Below, one piece after another: positions 55,575 to 55,674 of a DNA stretch of 55,674 nucleotides. Position numbers and translations under genes: made by a program. A model generated the notes under the pieces. It was not told where the DNA came from. It saw only the letters and a program-made list of their open reading frames with translations, and ran no database searches. Source of the DNA: a virus (Duplodnaviria; Caudoviricetes); the IMG/VR virus record IMGVR_UViG_3300020165_002390, positions 1 through 55,674 of that record, one strand, 5' to 3'. The first letter of the stretch is position 1. Each line of letters begins with the position of its first letter.

Positions 55575-55674
55575 CGGCTAACTCCTTGTTTAGCACATGC
55601 ACGTCTTGTCCTACGGTGTGCATGATCTTGCCGTCGCCCTGCCAGGCCAAACCTTCGTCACTGATCGACAGTAC
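55567..55674 (-). CDS. 3' end of a truncated CDS (...QDVHVLNKELADV*), possibly another GT-like gene
   Basis: Open frame from the window edge to TAA at 55567-55569, overlapping the next start. Confidence 0.5.
   Translation of the reverse strand, partial: VLSISDEGLAWQGDGKIMHTVGQDVHVLNKELADV

Noticed and set aside
1-55674. Stop-codon reassignment (alternative genetic code)
   Set aside because: Recognisable genes are full length in code 11, and TAA, TAG and TGA all end genes at coupled junctions
1-55674. tRNA, rRNA, CRISPR array, integrase or transposase
   Set aside because: Intergenic gaps are short and I saw no cloverleaf, repeat-spacer pattern or recombinase motifs
1-55674. Cellular or eukaryotic-virus origin suggested by guaC, trxB, galE, tctA and SET
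   Set aside because: The T4-like polymerase, clamp, RNase H and DsbA-like genes, dense coupled hypotheticals and sigma70/SD signals indicate a bacteriophage carrying host-like genes

Overview
This is a gene-dense 55.7 kb fragment of a large, distantly T4-like dsDNA tailed phage, read in standard code 11. The host is probably an aquatic bacterium, possibly an alphaproteobacterium (inferred from host-like genes). The plus strand (1-38.4 kb) begins with putative capsid-internal proteins and a replication module: DsbA-like protein, family B DNA polymerase, sliding clamp and RNase H/5'-3' exonuclease. It continues with a dispersed 7-deazaguanine DNA-modification pathway (TGT/DpdA-like, QueD-like, FolE, QueE, YhhQ; no QueC/QueF in the window). 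Interleaved with that pathway are a GT-B glycosyltransferase, GalE, GMP reductase, a purine PRTase, an amidinotransferase and an apparent cluster-less QueE paralogue. A TctA/TctC transporter operon and a MoxR/vWA pair follow. The minus strand (38.4-55.7 kb) is a coupled biosynthetic-type cluster with six radical SAM enzymes (five in tandem), glycosyltransferase-like proteins, a DegT aminotransferase, an epimerase, a carbamoyltransferase and TrxB. Non-gene signals are an apparent avoidance of GCWGC, many near-consensus sigma70 promoters placed for leaderless mRNAs, and a 57-bp identical tract shared by two diverged tandem paralogues. I saw no tRNA, rRNA, CRISPR array, integrase or transposase. 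All family calls come from motif recognition by eye, not from database searches.
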